Below are positions 1 through 9,212 of a stretch of DNA of 64,000 bases, in pieces (position 1 is the first letter of the stretch; each line of letters begins with the position of its first letter). Origin of the DNA: a phage. The stretch is from sequence record PV730300.1. One strand, given 5' to 3'. A program made the position numbers and the translations under genes. The notes under the pieces were generated by a model, which saw only the letters and a program-made list of their open reading frames with translations, did no database searches and was not told the DNA's origin.

Positions 1-40
1 TATACCGCTTCTTCCGATAGCTATTGTTGCTACACCCATC
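1..40 (-). CDS. partial CDS, 5' end only (gene continues beyond window start)
   Basis: ATG (rc of cat 38-40) preceded on the minus strand by AAGGAGG; reading frame open to position 1. Confidence 0.3.
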
Positions 41-74
41 AATCCTCCTTATAAATGGCTTCCCTGCCATGTTA

Positions 75-836
75 TTAAATAAACACTTCAGTAATCAGTT
101 TAGACAAACGTCCACGTTTATTATCGTCCGTTGTCAGTTCAACGTATCCAATAAAATCTACAATTGGCTCACGAACACCTTCTTCATTTTCTGGATACAA
201 AAGTTCCAAAATTTGATGCAGACCATTACTACGTTTTTTAATTGCATATGTCTGGCGAACATCGCCTAATACAATAACATGCGTATTAATACCTGCACGT
301 TCAATAAGAAGTTTAAGTGTTTCTGTTGACATAAGTTGTGCTTCGTCAATAATGACGATTGTATTATCCAGGGTAGCCCCTAACAAATAGTTAGGAATAT
401 TCAATTCGATCTTACCTGATCCAATATCGTTTTCCAATTTGTTGGCTGTCATGAATTGCTGGAAAATACGTTTTGTAGATTCATAGTGTGCTGCTAGTTT
501 ATCTGTTTTATCCCCCGACAAGAAACCAATCTGATCATCTCCGACTTCAGTAGGGTTCTTGATAAAAAGTAGTTTACGGAAGTCTCCTGAGCGAAGCATC
601 TGCAAAGCTTTCCATAAAGCAACAGAGGTTTTACCAGTCCCTGCCGGAGCATTTACAACAGTCAGATCATTCCAAATCATGCTTTGAACAATCTTATTTT
701 GGTCCCCTTCAGGCATAAATTCATCTAAACGGTAATCGTCATTACCTACCGCTTTTGCTGCATAACGGCTTTCAATCTTTGCTGAATTAGCCAGTTTCTG
801 CCGTTGTGTTTTAGCTGCGGTTTTATTTCCCATAGT
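75..836 (-). CDS. phoH: PhoH-like ATPase
   Basis: Walker A GTGKTS, IIDEAQ Walker B-like motif, PhoH-like overall pattern; start moved to the internal MGNK Met, which has AAGGAG 8 nt upstream and avoids overlap with the lysozyme gene. Confidence 0.8.
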   Translation of the reverse strand, partial: TMGNKTAAKTQRQKLANSAKIESRYAAKAVGNDDYRLDEFMPEGDQNKIVQSMIWNDLTVVNAPAGTGKTSVALWKALQMLRSGDFRKLLFIKNPTEVGDDQIGFLSGDKTDKLAAHYESTKRIFQQFMTANKLENDIGSGKIELNIPNYLLGATLDNTIVIIDEAQLMSTETLKLLIERAGINTHVIVLGDVRQTYAIKKRSNGLHQILELLYPENEEGVREPIVDFIGYVELTTDDNKRGRLSKLITEVFI

Positions 837-850
837 AGCACTCCTTTTAG

Positions 851-870
851 AAGGGGCCGAAGCCCCTTTA
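851..870 (-). promoter_or_regulatory. GGGGCUUCGGCCCC hairpin between lysozyme and phoH (second copy of the nrdA/nrdB hairpin)
   Basis: Identical 14-nt stem-loop to 5139-5152; weak U tract, so processing/attenuation site rather than a clear terminator. Confidence 0.35.
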
Positions 871-1371
871 TTAGTTGTAAGCATCTAAAGTTCCAGAAGT
901 CAGAACTTTAATTACTCGTTCAGCACGGTTTGGCGTCTGGCTATACCATCGGCTTTTACGCATGTTTTTACCTGCTTGAGTATAATATGCATTGCTGATT
1001 AAAGTCAAGCTATTTTGAAACCCTTCAGCACCTTTTAACCCCAACTGGAAAACCATGTTGATTATTCCCAATTTACGAGTATCACTAACCTTATCATAGA
1101 TTGGTGATAAGATAGTACTGTTTTTTATGTCTCTCTTCACTTTTGCAACATCGTCAGCAAAGATTTGACGGGCTTCTTTTTCTGTGATAACTCCATTAGT
1201 CTTACGACCAAGAAGATTATCTAAGATTTGAATAGCCTTTGCTTTATCTTTTATTTTAGTCAGAAGGTGTCCTATGCCGACTGTCCAATAACCAAGATGG
1301 TCTTGATAAACAGTAAGCTTCAGTCCTTCATCGACTCGTAGCATATCAAACTCATCTACTACTTTAGCCAT
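871..1371 (-). CDS. e: T4-type lysozyme (endolysin)
   Basis: Translation aligns along its length with T4 lysozyme (EGL..Y.D..GYWT(V/I)GIGHLLTK, INMVFQ(L/M)G, KSRWY.QTPNRA.RVI). Confidence 0.85.
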   Translation of the reverse strand: MAKVVDEFDMLRVDEGLKLTVYQDHLGYWTVGIGHLLTKIKDKAKAIQILDNLLGRKTNGVITEKEARQIFADDVAKVKRDIKNSTILSPIYDKVSDTRKLGIINMVFQLGLKGAEGFQNSLTLISNAYYTQAGKNMRKSRWYSQTPNRAERVIKVLTSGTLDAYN

Positions 1372-1378
1372 TTACTTC

Positions 1379-1528
1379 CTATTCGTCGTCTCCTACTCCG
1401 TGATCCAACTCGTTAAACAACAGATGTTCTGGAGAAGTTTCACGTTTTGGTTTCGTTTTCTTTATGTTGGACTTCAGCTCATTTGCCAAAGCACGAGAAA
1501 AGATCTTACGTTTCTGTTTACTTTTCAT
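1379..1528 (-). CDS. small basic hypothetical protein (49 aa)
   Basis: Unlisted short ORF MKSKQKRKIFSRALANELKSNIKK... with GGAG ribosome-binding site, filling the lysozyme-glutaredoxin gap. Confidence 0.3.
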   Translation of the reverse strand: MKSKQKRKIFSRALANELKSNIKKTKPKRETSPEHLLFNELDHGVGDDE

Positions 1529-1533
1529 AATTG

Positions 1534-1794
1534 TTACTCCGCAATTTGAGCCATGAGATCACGCAGTTCGGTAAAACCGCCTACGTATGTTACCTCCCCG
1601 TTCACTTCAGACAGAATTTGTGGAAATGTGCGTGGAGGAACTCCGGTAAGATCAACAACTGTTTTAGTCATTGATTCTAAATCGTAGTCTTGGTCAAGAC
1701 TTAAATATTCAAACTGTTTATTGCGCATAGTCAATAGTTGTTTTGACATTTCACAAAATTGACAGTTAGGTTTACCAAAAATTACAAATTCCAT
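1534..1794 (-). CDS. glutaredoxin / NrdH-like redoxin
   Basis: 86 aa with CQFC active-site-like motif near the N-terminus; close to the ribonucleotide reductase genes. Confidence 0.6.
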   Translation of the reverse strand: MEFVIFGKPNCQFCEMSKQLLTMRNKQFEYLSLDQDYDLESMTKTVVDLTGVPPRTFPQILSEVNGEVTYVGGFTELRDLMAQIAE

Positions 1795-2636
1795 TACCTC
1801 TCCTTATTAAGTAATACTGCTAAAGACTGTTCAATACCTTTATTTAAATCTGATTTTGTAAGATAGTGACTGGTTACTAGTTGTGACTTCACCGGACGTG
1901 CTGCTGGAGCATTATAGGTTGAAGCTGATACCGCCGATATCTTAACAGGTTCTGGCATCTGTGTCAAGATCTTTTCCGCAAACTCCGCCCAAGAAATAAG
2001 ATGGCTTCCTGCAAAATGGTAAGTCTTAACAGACCTTGACCAACCTGTTTTTAATACTTCAAAAATAGCTTCTGCTAAATCTGGAGCATATGTTGGACAA
2101 GAGAACTGATCAGCAACAATAATAAAATCACGTTGTCCATCATTATAGCGAGACAACATGGTTTTTAGAAAGTTATTTCCAAATTCGCTATATACCGAGG
2201 CTGTTCGAATAATATATGCATTTGGGTTAACTCCTCGCACCATTTTTTCACCAAGTTCTTTCGTATACCCATAATTGTTTATTGGGTTAGGTGTAGTATC
2301 TTCAAAAATAGGATGAGAATAATTAAAAATATAGTCTGTAGAAATATGCACAAAATCAATTTTAAGTTTGCTGCACACTGCCGCAATATTTGCAGGTCCA
2401 TACGCATTAACAGCCAAAGCAGTAGCAAAATCATGTTCTGCTTTATCTACAGCCGTATAAGCAGCGCAGTTAATAACACCGTCTACATAATCTTCAACAA
2501 TAGCGTTTCGCACAGCTTCAAAATTTGTAATATCTACACGTTCTTTAGGATAAATTAAAGATACGTTTGAAGGAACCACTTTACGTAAAGCTTGTCCCAG
2601 TTGTCCATTACCACCCAATACCAGATATGTTAGCAT
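1794..2636 (-). CDS. rmlD: dTDP-4-dehydrorhamnose reductase-like (RmlD family) NAD(P)-dependent reductase
   Basis: N-terminal Rossmann motif LVLGGNGQLG, 280 aa, RmlD-like pattern; overlaps RmlC gene start. Confidence 0.6.
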   Translation of the reverse strand: MLTYLVLGGNGQLGQALRKVVPSNVSLIYPKERVDITNFEAVRNAIVEDYVDGVINCAAYTAVDKAEHDFATALAVNAYGPANIAAVCSKLKIDFVHISTDYIFNYSHPIFEDTTPNPINNYGYTKELGEKMVRGVNPNAYIIRTASVYSEFGNNFLKTMLSRYNDGQRDFIIVADQFSCPTYAPDLAEAIFEVLKTGWSRSVKTYHFAGSHLISWAEFAEKILTQMPEPVKISAVSASTYNAPAARPVKSQLVTSHYLTKSDLNKGIEQSLAVLLNKER

Positions 2637-3196
2637 ACACCCTCACTACGCAACTGTTGAAAAGATTTAGCCATTGCATCTTTTGTTGATAAGATAGGTT
2701 TAAAACCTTCGTCAAAAATCATATCGAAGCCCCAATCGATCCCTATGTCAGGATCATCCCAACGTAAACTTTGTTCGCTAGAAGGGTCGTATGGAGTTGT
2801 GCATTTGTATTCAAAGATAGCGTCCATACTCAAAACTATAAAACCATGTGCCAAACCAGGGGGAAGCCAAAACTGCGTATGGTGTCGTGCACTAAGAACA
2901 ACACCGTCCCAAGCACCGTAAGTTGGACTATCTTTACGTAAATCTACAGCGAAATCCAATACTTCTCCACTTACACAACGAACAAGCTTACCTTGCGGGT
3001 TATTTGTTTGAAAGTGCATTCCTCGCAAAACACCGAAGTTTGATTTAGACATATTATCTTGAACGAAAGTTTGTTTACCAATGATATCTTCGTATTTTTG
3101 TTCATTGTATGTTTCTAAAAAGAAACCACGATCATCTTTATAAACGTCTGGTTTGATAATTACCGCACCTTCAATTTTTGTTTTTTCTACTTTCAT
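2630..3196 (-). CDS. rmlC: dTDP-4-dehydrorhamnose 3,5-epimerase-like cupin (RmlC family)
   Basis: 188 aa; IEGAVIIKPDVYKDDRGFFLE N-terminus and HGF / cupin pattern typical of RmlC. Confidence 0.6.
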   Translation of the reverse strand: MKVEKTKIEGAVIIKPDVYKDDRGFFLETYNEQKYEDIIGKQTFVQDNMSKSNFGVLRGMHFQTNNPQGKLVRCVSGEVLDFAVDLRKDSPTYGAWDGVVLSARHHTQFWLPPGLAHGFIVLSMDAIFEYKCTTPYDPSSEQSLRWDDPDIGIDWGFDMIFDEGFKPILSTKDAMAKSFQQLRSEGVC

Positions 3197-3205
3197 TTTC
3201 TCTCC

Positions 3206-3532
3206 TTACCAGACATGTTGAGAAATAATAGTTTCCGTTTTAATGTTATATTTTTCAAGTAGCTCTGCATAGGCTTCTTTTGCATTCTCATTTACTTTCT
3301 CAAGATCTACAGCTACGCTTCCTTCTCCGCCTTCTAAATAAATACCATATATGCAATAAGACTCATCAGCATCGTAGAAAGGAGAGATGCGACTTAAGTC
3401 AAGACCTTCTTGTAAGAACCAGTTAAAATCTCCGTCAAATTCTTCTTCAATTCTAGGGTCTTCTCCTACAGCCTCTTCCCATTTATTAAAAGGTGCACCC
3501 TGTAACATACGCCATTCGATATCAATACCCAT
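3206..3532 (-). CDS. acidic hypothetical protein
   Basis: ORF with Asp/Glu-rich translation. Confidence 0.4.
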   Translation of the reverse strand: MGIDIEWRMLQGAPFNKWEEAVGEDPRIEEEFDGDFNWFLQEGLDLSRISPFYDADESYCIYGIYLEGGEGSVAVDLEKVNENAKEAYAELLEKYNIKTETIISQHVW

Positions 3533-3707
3533 TTTTCATCTCCTCCTCTTCTTGAGCAGCTTTAATAATTGCTTCATAAATATCGTAAGCAATGCCTCCA
3601 CAACATCTAGCTTCGAAAGCTATTGCTTCTGCAATGTGATCTGTTAATTCTCGTGGAATACGGACATACTCTTTTTCATTCTCCATCTTCCACCTCTTCT
3701 TTTTCAA
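3522..3707 (-). CDS. hypothetical protein (true start probably the internal ATG MENEKEY)
   Basis: ORF; internal ATG overlaps the stop of the upstream zinc-ribbon ORF. Confidence 0.3.
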   Translation of the reverse strand: MKKKRWKMENEKEYVRIPRELTDHIAEAIAFEARCCGGIAYDIYEAIIKAAQEEEEMKNGY

Positions 3708-3822
3708 AGACTACTACTCGTCCCTCACCATGACAATTCAGGCAAGGAAATGTTACCATAATTTCCACTTCCATCTGTCCAGTCCCACCGCACACAGGAC
3801 AAAAAATAAGTTTTTCAGCCAT
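3676..3822 (-). CDS. small zinc-ribbon protein (48 aa)
   Basis: Unlisted ORF MAEKLIFCPVCGGTGQMEVEIMVTFPCLNCHGEG... with two CxxC pairs; AAGGAGG 5 nt upstream. Confidence 0.35.
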   Translation of the reverse strand: MAEKLIFCPVCGGTGQMEVEIMVTFPCLNCHGEGRVVVFEKEEVEDGE

Positions 3823-4031
3823 TATTCCTCCTTAATTATTTCAAACTTGGCAACACCGTTTACAATAATATGACCACAAGACATAACTCCTAGCCAAGGA
3901 TCGCCGTTTTTCTTCGGGCGTTTACCGAATACATCACAAAAACCATTCTTCATTTCGGAGGCTTCATAAGAAGCCCCTTTGTCAAAAACGTCTTTGAATG
4001 TGTCGATTATACCAACACATCTCAAAATCAT
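3822..4031 (-). CDS. hypothetical protein
   Basis: ORF in tight gene array. Confidence 0.35.
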   Translation of the reverse strand: MILRCVGIIDTFKDVFDKGASYEASEMKNGFCDVFGKRPKKNGDPWLGVMSCGHIIVNGVAKFEIIKEE

Positions 4032-5116
4032 TAGAAGTCAAGCTCCTCATCATCAGAGAGATCTTTGTTAGCTGAATTCAATTTGTAATTAGTTAACTGA
4101 ATCTCTTGGGCTGCTGACTGAATCAAATCAGGATTCAACCATTTTTCCATCCAAGCTAAAGGACTATGTTTAGGTGCTTTAAACTTAGCTTTCATTTTCA
4201 ATCGACGATAAATAGGAGCAGCATTGAAATAAACCCACTGTTTAGACAATTCGGCGTTAAGACCTACAATAAAACGACCTTCACTAAACAGGTAGTCACA
4301 CCACTGTTCCTCTTGTTCAACAACAGTGTCGAGGATCAAAGTCAACTCTTCAATATTGTCTTCGTAAATTTTACGCCAAATTGGGTCATGCATCAATGCA
4401 TCAATTACAGCATAATCCATCTTAACATGCAAGATTTCATCTAACATAATTTTCTGGATCAGTTTACAAGCCCCAACAAACAGTTGTTGTTCTGCCATAG
4501 CAAAAGTAGCAGAGAAGGAAGATATAAACTGAATACCTTCTAATCCAATCAGGGCTACCATCCCTTTAAGAATCAGCAGTCGAAGTTCATCGTTAGCTTC
4601 AATCAATCCTAGAGCATACTTATGACCAGCTTCTTCCAACTGACCCATGATATCAGCAATGATACCCATACGATTGAAAATTTTATCATTAATCATAATC
4701 TGATTGATGACTTCGATTGGATCTGGAGTACATTGACGGATTATTTCAGAATACGTTAACGCATGGAGAACTTCCATTTCACTCTGCTTCATCATCATAG
4801 CACAGGCTTCATTGTTACTCAAGAATGGAGAGAACAAAGTGATGATTGATTTTGCAAGAGAATCATTTTCCCATTGGAACGATAAGTTTTTAATCATAAC
4901 ATCATAGTTGTTTTTAGAACAAGCTACGAAATCTTTACGTGTCTGATCCAGATTGACTTCATTCTCATCCCAATCTTGTGCTTTTTGAAGTTTGTAGAGT
5001 TTGTGCATTTCTGGATAAGTTACGTTAACAGAATCAAAGATCCCTAATTGTTCCCCTAAAAATACTGGATATTTTCCTGTTTTGTAAACTTCATTGTGTA
5101 AATTAATTGCTGCCAT
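4031..5116 (-). CDS. nrdB: ribonucleotide reductase class I small (beta) subunit
   Basis: Ferritin-like NrdB pattern (LEGIQFISSFSATFA, DEILHVKMDY); adjacent to nrdA. Confidence 0.8.
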   Translation of the reverse strand: MAAINLHNEVYKTGKYPVFLGEQLGIFDSVNVTYPEMHKLYKLQKAQDWDENEVNLDQTRKDFVACSKNNYDVMIKNLSFQWENDSLAKSIITLFSPFLSNNEACAMMMKQSEMEVLHALTYSEIIRQCTPDPIEVINQIMINDKIFNRMGIIADIMGQLEEAGHKYALGLIEANDELRLLILKGMVALIGLEGIQFISSFSATFAMAEQQLFVGACKLIQKIMLDEILHVKMDYAVIDALMHDPIWRKIYEDNIEELTLILDTVVEQEEQWCDYLFSEGRFIVGLNAELSKQWVYFNAAPIYRRLKMKAKFKAPKHSPLAWMEKWLNPDLIQSAAQEIQLTNYKLNSANKDLSDDEELDF

Positions 5117-5133
5117 TTAAAATTCTCCTCAAT

Positions 5134-5155
5134 AAAAGGGGGCCGAAGCCCCTTT
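5134..5155 (-). terminator. hairpin/attenuator between nrdA and nrdB (minus strand, UUCG tetraloop)
   Basis: Minus-strand RNA reads GGGGC-UUCG-GCCCC followed by CUUUUAUU. Confidence 0.5.
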
Positions 5156-5184
5156 ACGTTTACCCTTCTTCACCTGTTCTCCTA

Positions 5185-7428
5185 CTACATTTTACAGGCA
5201 CTACACCCTTCGTCTTCAGAATCTTCTTGTGCTAAAGAGTCTGCTGATTTTGTTCTACTATTAAGGTAATACAATGACTTGCCACCCAGTCTGGCAAAAT
5301 TCAGAATAAACTGCATCTCAGCTTTCACTGATAAACGTCCACCTACCAATTTAGAATAATCTAGCCAAGAATCACAAGAAATTCCTTGGTCCGTGAACTT
5401 GGTAAAGATACCATACATTTCTGCAAGATCTTTAGCCGGAGTATCCCAGGCGGATTGGTAGAACATTTTCAGTTTTTCGTAGTCTGGAACAATAAATAAT
5501 ACACTACCTTTCTGACTTTGTTTATACATAATAGTATCACGAACAGGATACAGAGAGTTAGTAGTATTGCTTACCAAACTGCTGGACTCATTAGGTGCAA
5601 TAGCAGCCAAGACACTGTTACGGATACCACCTTGTTCAATGATTTCAGCACGTAAGCCTTCCCAGTCCATTTTAAGATCAAAATTACCGATACTATCTAC
5701 TGTTTTAGCATAAGTGTCAATTGGTAGCCAACCTTGAGGCCATTTGGTTTTATCGATCCATTCCGCATTACCTTTTTCCTTAGCCAGACGCAGAGAGGCT
5801 TTTGCCAACCAAAAGTAATGACGTTCTGCAAGTTCATGCATTAATTTTTTAGCATAAGCATCTGAATAATTTACAAAATTGCTTGCCAAGTAATGCGCTA
5901 AGTTTGTAATACCTACACCAATAGATCTACGTGCTTTAGCAGTTATTTCGTTATGTTTAAATGGATAATCCATTGTTTCAATAACGTTGTCAATTGTCAA
6001 TACAGTGTAGTATGCAACATCCTCATATTCTTCAGGTAATACACGACCAGCAACAATAGAAGATAAGAAGCATAAAGCCAATTCTTGATCTTCTGTATTC
6101 TCACCAGTAAAGAGATCCGGCATACTGTGGAAAGCTTTAGTTGGTAAGAAGATCTCTTGACACAGGTTTGATTGATATACCGTATCCAGGAAAGGTGTAT
6201 GGTTGTTAACGTTGTCAGCAAAGAACATGTAAATACGTCCTGTTTCTGCACGTTGAACAATAATCTCTGTCAGAAGATCACGAGCCTTAACAAATTTTTT
6301 CTTAATGCGACGACGGCTTACTTTGTCATAAACTGCATCAAACTCTTCTTCACTTTTATACAAAGCTTCATAAAGTTCAGGAGCATCATCACAACTAACT
6401 AACATCCAGTCTTCGTTTTTTGCTGCTCGACGCAAGAACGAACGGTTAACAACAATAGAATAATCTAGTTTATCCACTCGTTTATCTATAGGTGTTGTTG
6501 GATTCTTCAGTCGAATCAGATCGTCGAAGTCTGGTTCAAGTATGGTAAAGGTAACTGTAGCACTACCTCCACGGCTTGCTTGCTTTGAAGCTCCAACACT
6601 ATCTTCCATCCATTTCAGATACGGAAGAAGACCACCGTGAATAATACGATTATTCTTAACACCTTGACCTGTGGCACGAGTTTGAAGATTAACACCAATA
6701 CCTGCGTTATTCAACGTATACTCATGAGCTAAGTAATTAGCAATGGCTAAAGACTCTGCTGTATCGTCTGCACGGAATAAACAACAAGACGCACTTCCTT
6801 TGATCGGAGTTCGTAGAGTTGTCAGATACGGCGATGGCAGATTAATCTTAAGATCGCTAACATAAGTATAAAGTTTTTTAATATCTTCTATACGGCGTTC
6901 TTTTGGTTGGATCTCCATAACCTTCATTGCGACACCAATGAAAAGAAACTGTGGAGACTCATGCACCACATCGTTTACTGCATCTCGAATAAGATATTTA
7001 TCCACCATTTGACGTAAAACAGAATAACCATAAGTTAGATTTTTATTATGCTTTACAATCTTACCGATTTCTTTGATCTCTTCATCAGTATAATCCATTT
7101 TAGCCCAATGACCACGTTCTACCATATCATGATAAAAGGTATTCAGTGAAGGGATACTGTGGTATCCCCCATGAGCCTGTTTGTAAATCATACCCAGAAG
7201 AAGTCTTCCTGCCATATCACTGTAAGCTTGTGTTTTCTTGTCAATACACGCTGCAATCATTGCTTTATGCAGATCACGTGTAGACACACCGTCATAACAC
7301 CGCTTCACAGCTTCTAATTCAATTTCAGACCAGTTTAGTTTACCTGCTGCAAATTCAGACCACTTGCGAAGTTTTTCTGGGTTAAACTCCTCTGTCTTAC
7401 CATTAGATTTAGTTACAAAACGAATCAA
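5185..7428 (-). CDS. nrdA: ribonucleotide reductase class I large (alpha) subunit
   Basis: 747 aa, NrdA-like, C-terminal Cys pair (CSACKM). Confidence 0.85.
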   Translation of the reverse strand: MIRFVTKSNGKTEEFNPEKLRKWSEFAAGKLNWSEIELEAVKRCYDGVSTRDLHKAMIAACIDKKTQAYSDMAGRLLLGMIYKQAHGGYHSIPSLNTFYHDMVERGHWAKMDYTDEEIKEIGKIVKHNKNLTYGYSVLRQMVDKYLIRDAVNDVVHESPQFLFIGVAMKVMEIQPKERRIEDIKKLYTYVSDLKINLPSPYLTTLRTPIKGSASCCLFRADDTAESLAIANYLAHEYTLNNAGIGVNLQTRATGQGVKNNRIIHGGLLPYLKWMEDSVGASKQASRGGSATVTFTILEPDFDDLIRLKNPTTPIDKRVDKLDYSIVVNRSFLRRAAKNEDWMLVSCDDAPELYEALYKSEEEFDAVYDKVSRRRIKKKFVKARDLLTEIIVQRAETGRIYMFFADNVNNHTPFLDTVYQSNLCQEIFLPTKAFHSMPDLFTGENTEDQELALCFLSSIVAGRVLPEEYEDVAYYTVLTIDNVIETMDYPFKHNEITAKARRSIGVGITNLAHYLASNFVNYSDAYAKKLMHELAERHYFWLAKASLRLAKEKGNAEWIDKTKWPQGWLPIDTYAKTVDSIGNFDLKMDWEGLRAEIIEQGGIRNSVLAAIAPNESSSLVSNTTNSLYPVRDTIMYKQSQKGSVLFIVPDYEKLKMFYQSAWDTPAKDLAEMYGIFTKFTDQGISCDSWLDYSKLVGGRLSVKAEMQFILNFARLGGKSLYYLNSRTKSADSLAQEDSEDEGCSACKM

Positions 7429-7444
7429 CTTCTCCTCCCTATTA

Positions 7445-7699
7445 TTAATGCATATTCAAAACATCTACATCATAACCGAACTTCATTTCATTAAAAAGTC
7501 CATTAGCATATAGAAAACCTTCAAAATGAGTTATGTCATCAAACCCTTTTGCTTTTGCTCGACGGTCTGCTTCTTGTCTTTTAGGAGATAAACGTTTTGA
7601 AGTGTCTAGAATTACAGTTACATTACAACCAACAGTTTCATCAAAATAGACTTCGATTTCACAGCCTTCATATTTATTATCAGTCATTGTCCCTCTCAT
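7445..7699 (-). CDS. hypothetical protein
   Basis: ORF. Confidence 0.4.
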   Translation of the reverse strand: MRGTMTDNKYEGCEIEVYFDETVGCNVTVILDTSKRLSPKRQEADRRAKAKGFDDITHFEGFLYANGLFNEMKFGYDVDVLNMH

Positions 7700-8106
7700 T
7701 GATTAGTATCATCTGCTTTCGCAGGATCATAAGAGTTACCGAAATCATCCATCTTAATATGTGACGCACCCCAACCTGTAAATTCTTCATCACCAAAATG
7801 AAAAATATCATTTTCTTGGTAGATTCGTTTAAAACCACAATTAGGTGAAACAGGGAAAGTGAAAAGCGTTGTATTTGCAAACACTACTCGCTTATCGTTA
7901 TTGCTTCGGATATTCACATTACGCTCAACAGAATAGTGTGAATCTTCAGCCATACCCAGCATTACAAGCGACGCTCTAATAACAGCATTTTGTTTCTCGT
8001 GTGGGATATTGCCATTGTGTTTATTTGATTCTAGTTTCCAGATAGGGGTAGACATTACAGTAGACATGCTTACGGTAGCCCAAGTTGTAGTATTTACTAA
8101 TGACAT
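7696..8106 (-). CDS. hypothetical protein
   Basis: ORF; start placed at the MSLVNTT Met, which has GAAGGAG at good spacing. Confidence 0.4.
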   Translation of the reverse strand: MSLVNTTTWATVSMSTVMSTPIWKLESNKHNGNIPHEKQNAVIRASLVMLGMAEDSHYSVERNVNIRSNNDKRVVFANTTLFTFPVSPNCGFKRIYQENDIFHFGDEEFTGWGASHIKMDDFGNSYDPAKADDTNQ

Positions 8107-8160
8107 ATTTTCTCCTTCGTTTTGAATGGGAGGACTCACCTCCTCCCAGTATTGTGCTAT

Positions 8161-8188
8161 ATTATACTAAAACTAATACTAAAGTCAA
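8161..8188 (-). promoter_or_regulatory. sigma70-like promoter on minus strand (TTGACT-N16-TATAAT)
   Basis: rc of 8183-8188 is TTGACT, rc of 8161-8166 is TATAAT, 16-nt spacer. Confidence 0.5.
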
Positions 8189-8204
8189 TAACTATTTAAA
8201 CAGA

Positions 8205-9203
8205 TCACCATTTAGTATGATTTGTTAAAAGTTGACGATGTTGAATCCAGCCTTTGAAATTGCCAGACCAAAACTTACCATTACGATCTACATGGGTAAT
8301 ACCTGGTTCCCAAGAGTTAAAATCCCAAGGAGCATTGATAAACAAATCTTCAAAACAGTTCTCTCCATATTGTTCGCATGTTTCTTGCATTGGAGTGGCT
8401 TGATGTTCAAACGGAGAAGCATGAACCTTGCGCCCAGTCAGCAAACGACCATAGATATCTAAAGCTTTATCTTTAGTTGCATTCAAACGACGATAGCTAA
8501 CCTGTGCACAACACGAAGCTGAAATAGCTTTGGCTTCTTCCAAAGTAAGCACAACAACTTCTCCAGATTCATCTTGAACGTAGTATCCACCAAAAACAAA
8601 ATGATCGTCACCTTCTGTGCCAATATTATCATAGAAATGGTCTACATAAGGTGTGTGCCATTGCCCTGGTTTCAGCACCTCTGGTGTAGATTCTTCATAC
8701 TCTTTGTGCATATCTTTAGCCAAAGCTTCGATAGTAGGATCGGCTTCTTTGTCATCACGTAGCCACCAGAAATTTTCATATTCTGTTGCTGTCAGAACTG
8801 TTTTAATTCGTTGGAAAGGTTCTAGAAGACGGTTTGCAACTTGTTTGTGGTACCCTGCCAAAGAGAATTCTTCTGCAAAACGTGCTGCACTAAGCGCGGC
8901 AAGATCCCACCACTCTTGAGCAGTATAACCTGCATCAATAAGAGCGTCATGATCAACACCTTTATCCTGCATACCAGGTTGGTTAGCCCCAAAACGATAA
9001 GGACGAGCAGGTTGATTTCGCACCATTTCAATCAGTGTTTTAACAGGTATAGCACGGCTAGAAGCAGCATTACGACTGAACAGGCGGTGAGTCATCAATT
9101 CTGAATGAATAATACGTGGATATTCTAGTTCAAAAGTTACAATCTCTTTTCCGTCTTCAGTGATGGAATGCGCAATAATACTAGCCGAAATCTGTTTTGT
9201 CAT
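8205..9203 (-). CDS. thyX: flavin-dependent thymidylate synthase (ThyX-like)
   Basis: ThyX N-terminal pattern including HRLFSRNAASSR (RHR-x7-S-like signature). Confidence 0.65.
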   Translation of the reverse strand: MTKQISASIIAHSITEDGKEIVTFELEYPRIIHSELMTHRLFSRNAASSRAIPVKTLIEMVRNQPARPYRFGANQPGMQDKGVDHDALIDAGYTAQEWWDLAALSAARFAEEFSLAGYHKQVANRLLEPFQRIKTVLTATEYENFWWLRDDKEADPTIEALAKDMHKEYEESTPEVLKPGQWHTPYVDHFYDNIGTEGDDHFVFGGYYVQDESGEVVVLTLEEAKAISASCCAQVSYRRLNATKDKALDIYGRLLTGRKVHASPFEHQATPMQETCEQYGENCFEDLFINAPWDFNSWEPGITHVDRNGKFWSGNFKGWIQHRQLLTNHTKW

Positions 9204-9212
9204 TTTTTCTCC

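Noticed and set aside
837-884. N-terminal extension of PhoH from the listed start at 884
   Set aside because: Would overlap the lysozyme coding region; the internal Met at 836 has a well-spaced AAGGAG and matches PhoH N-termini better.
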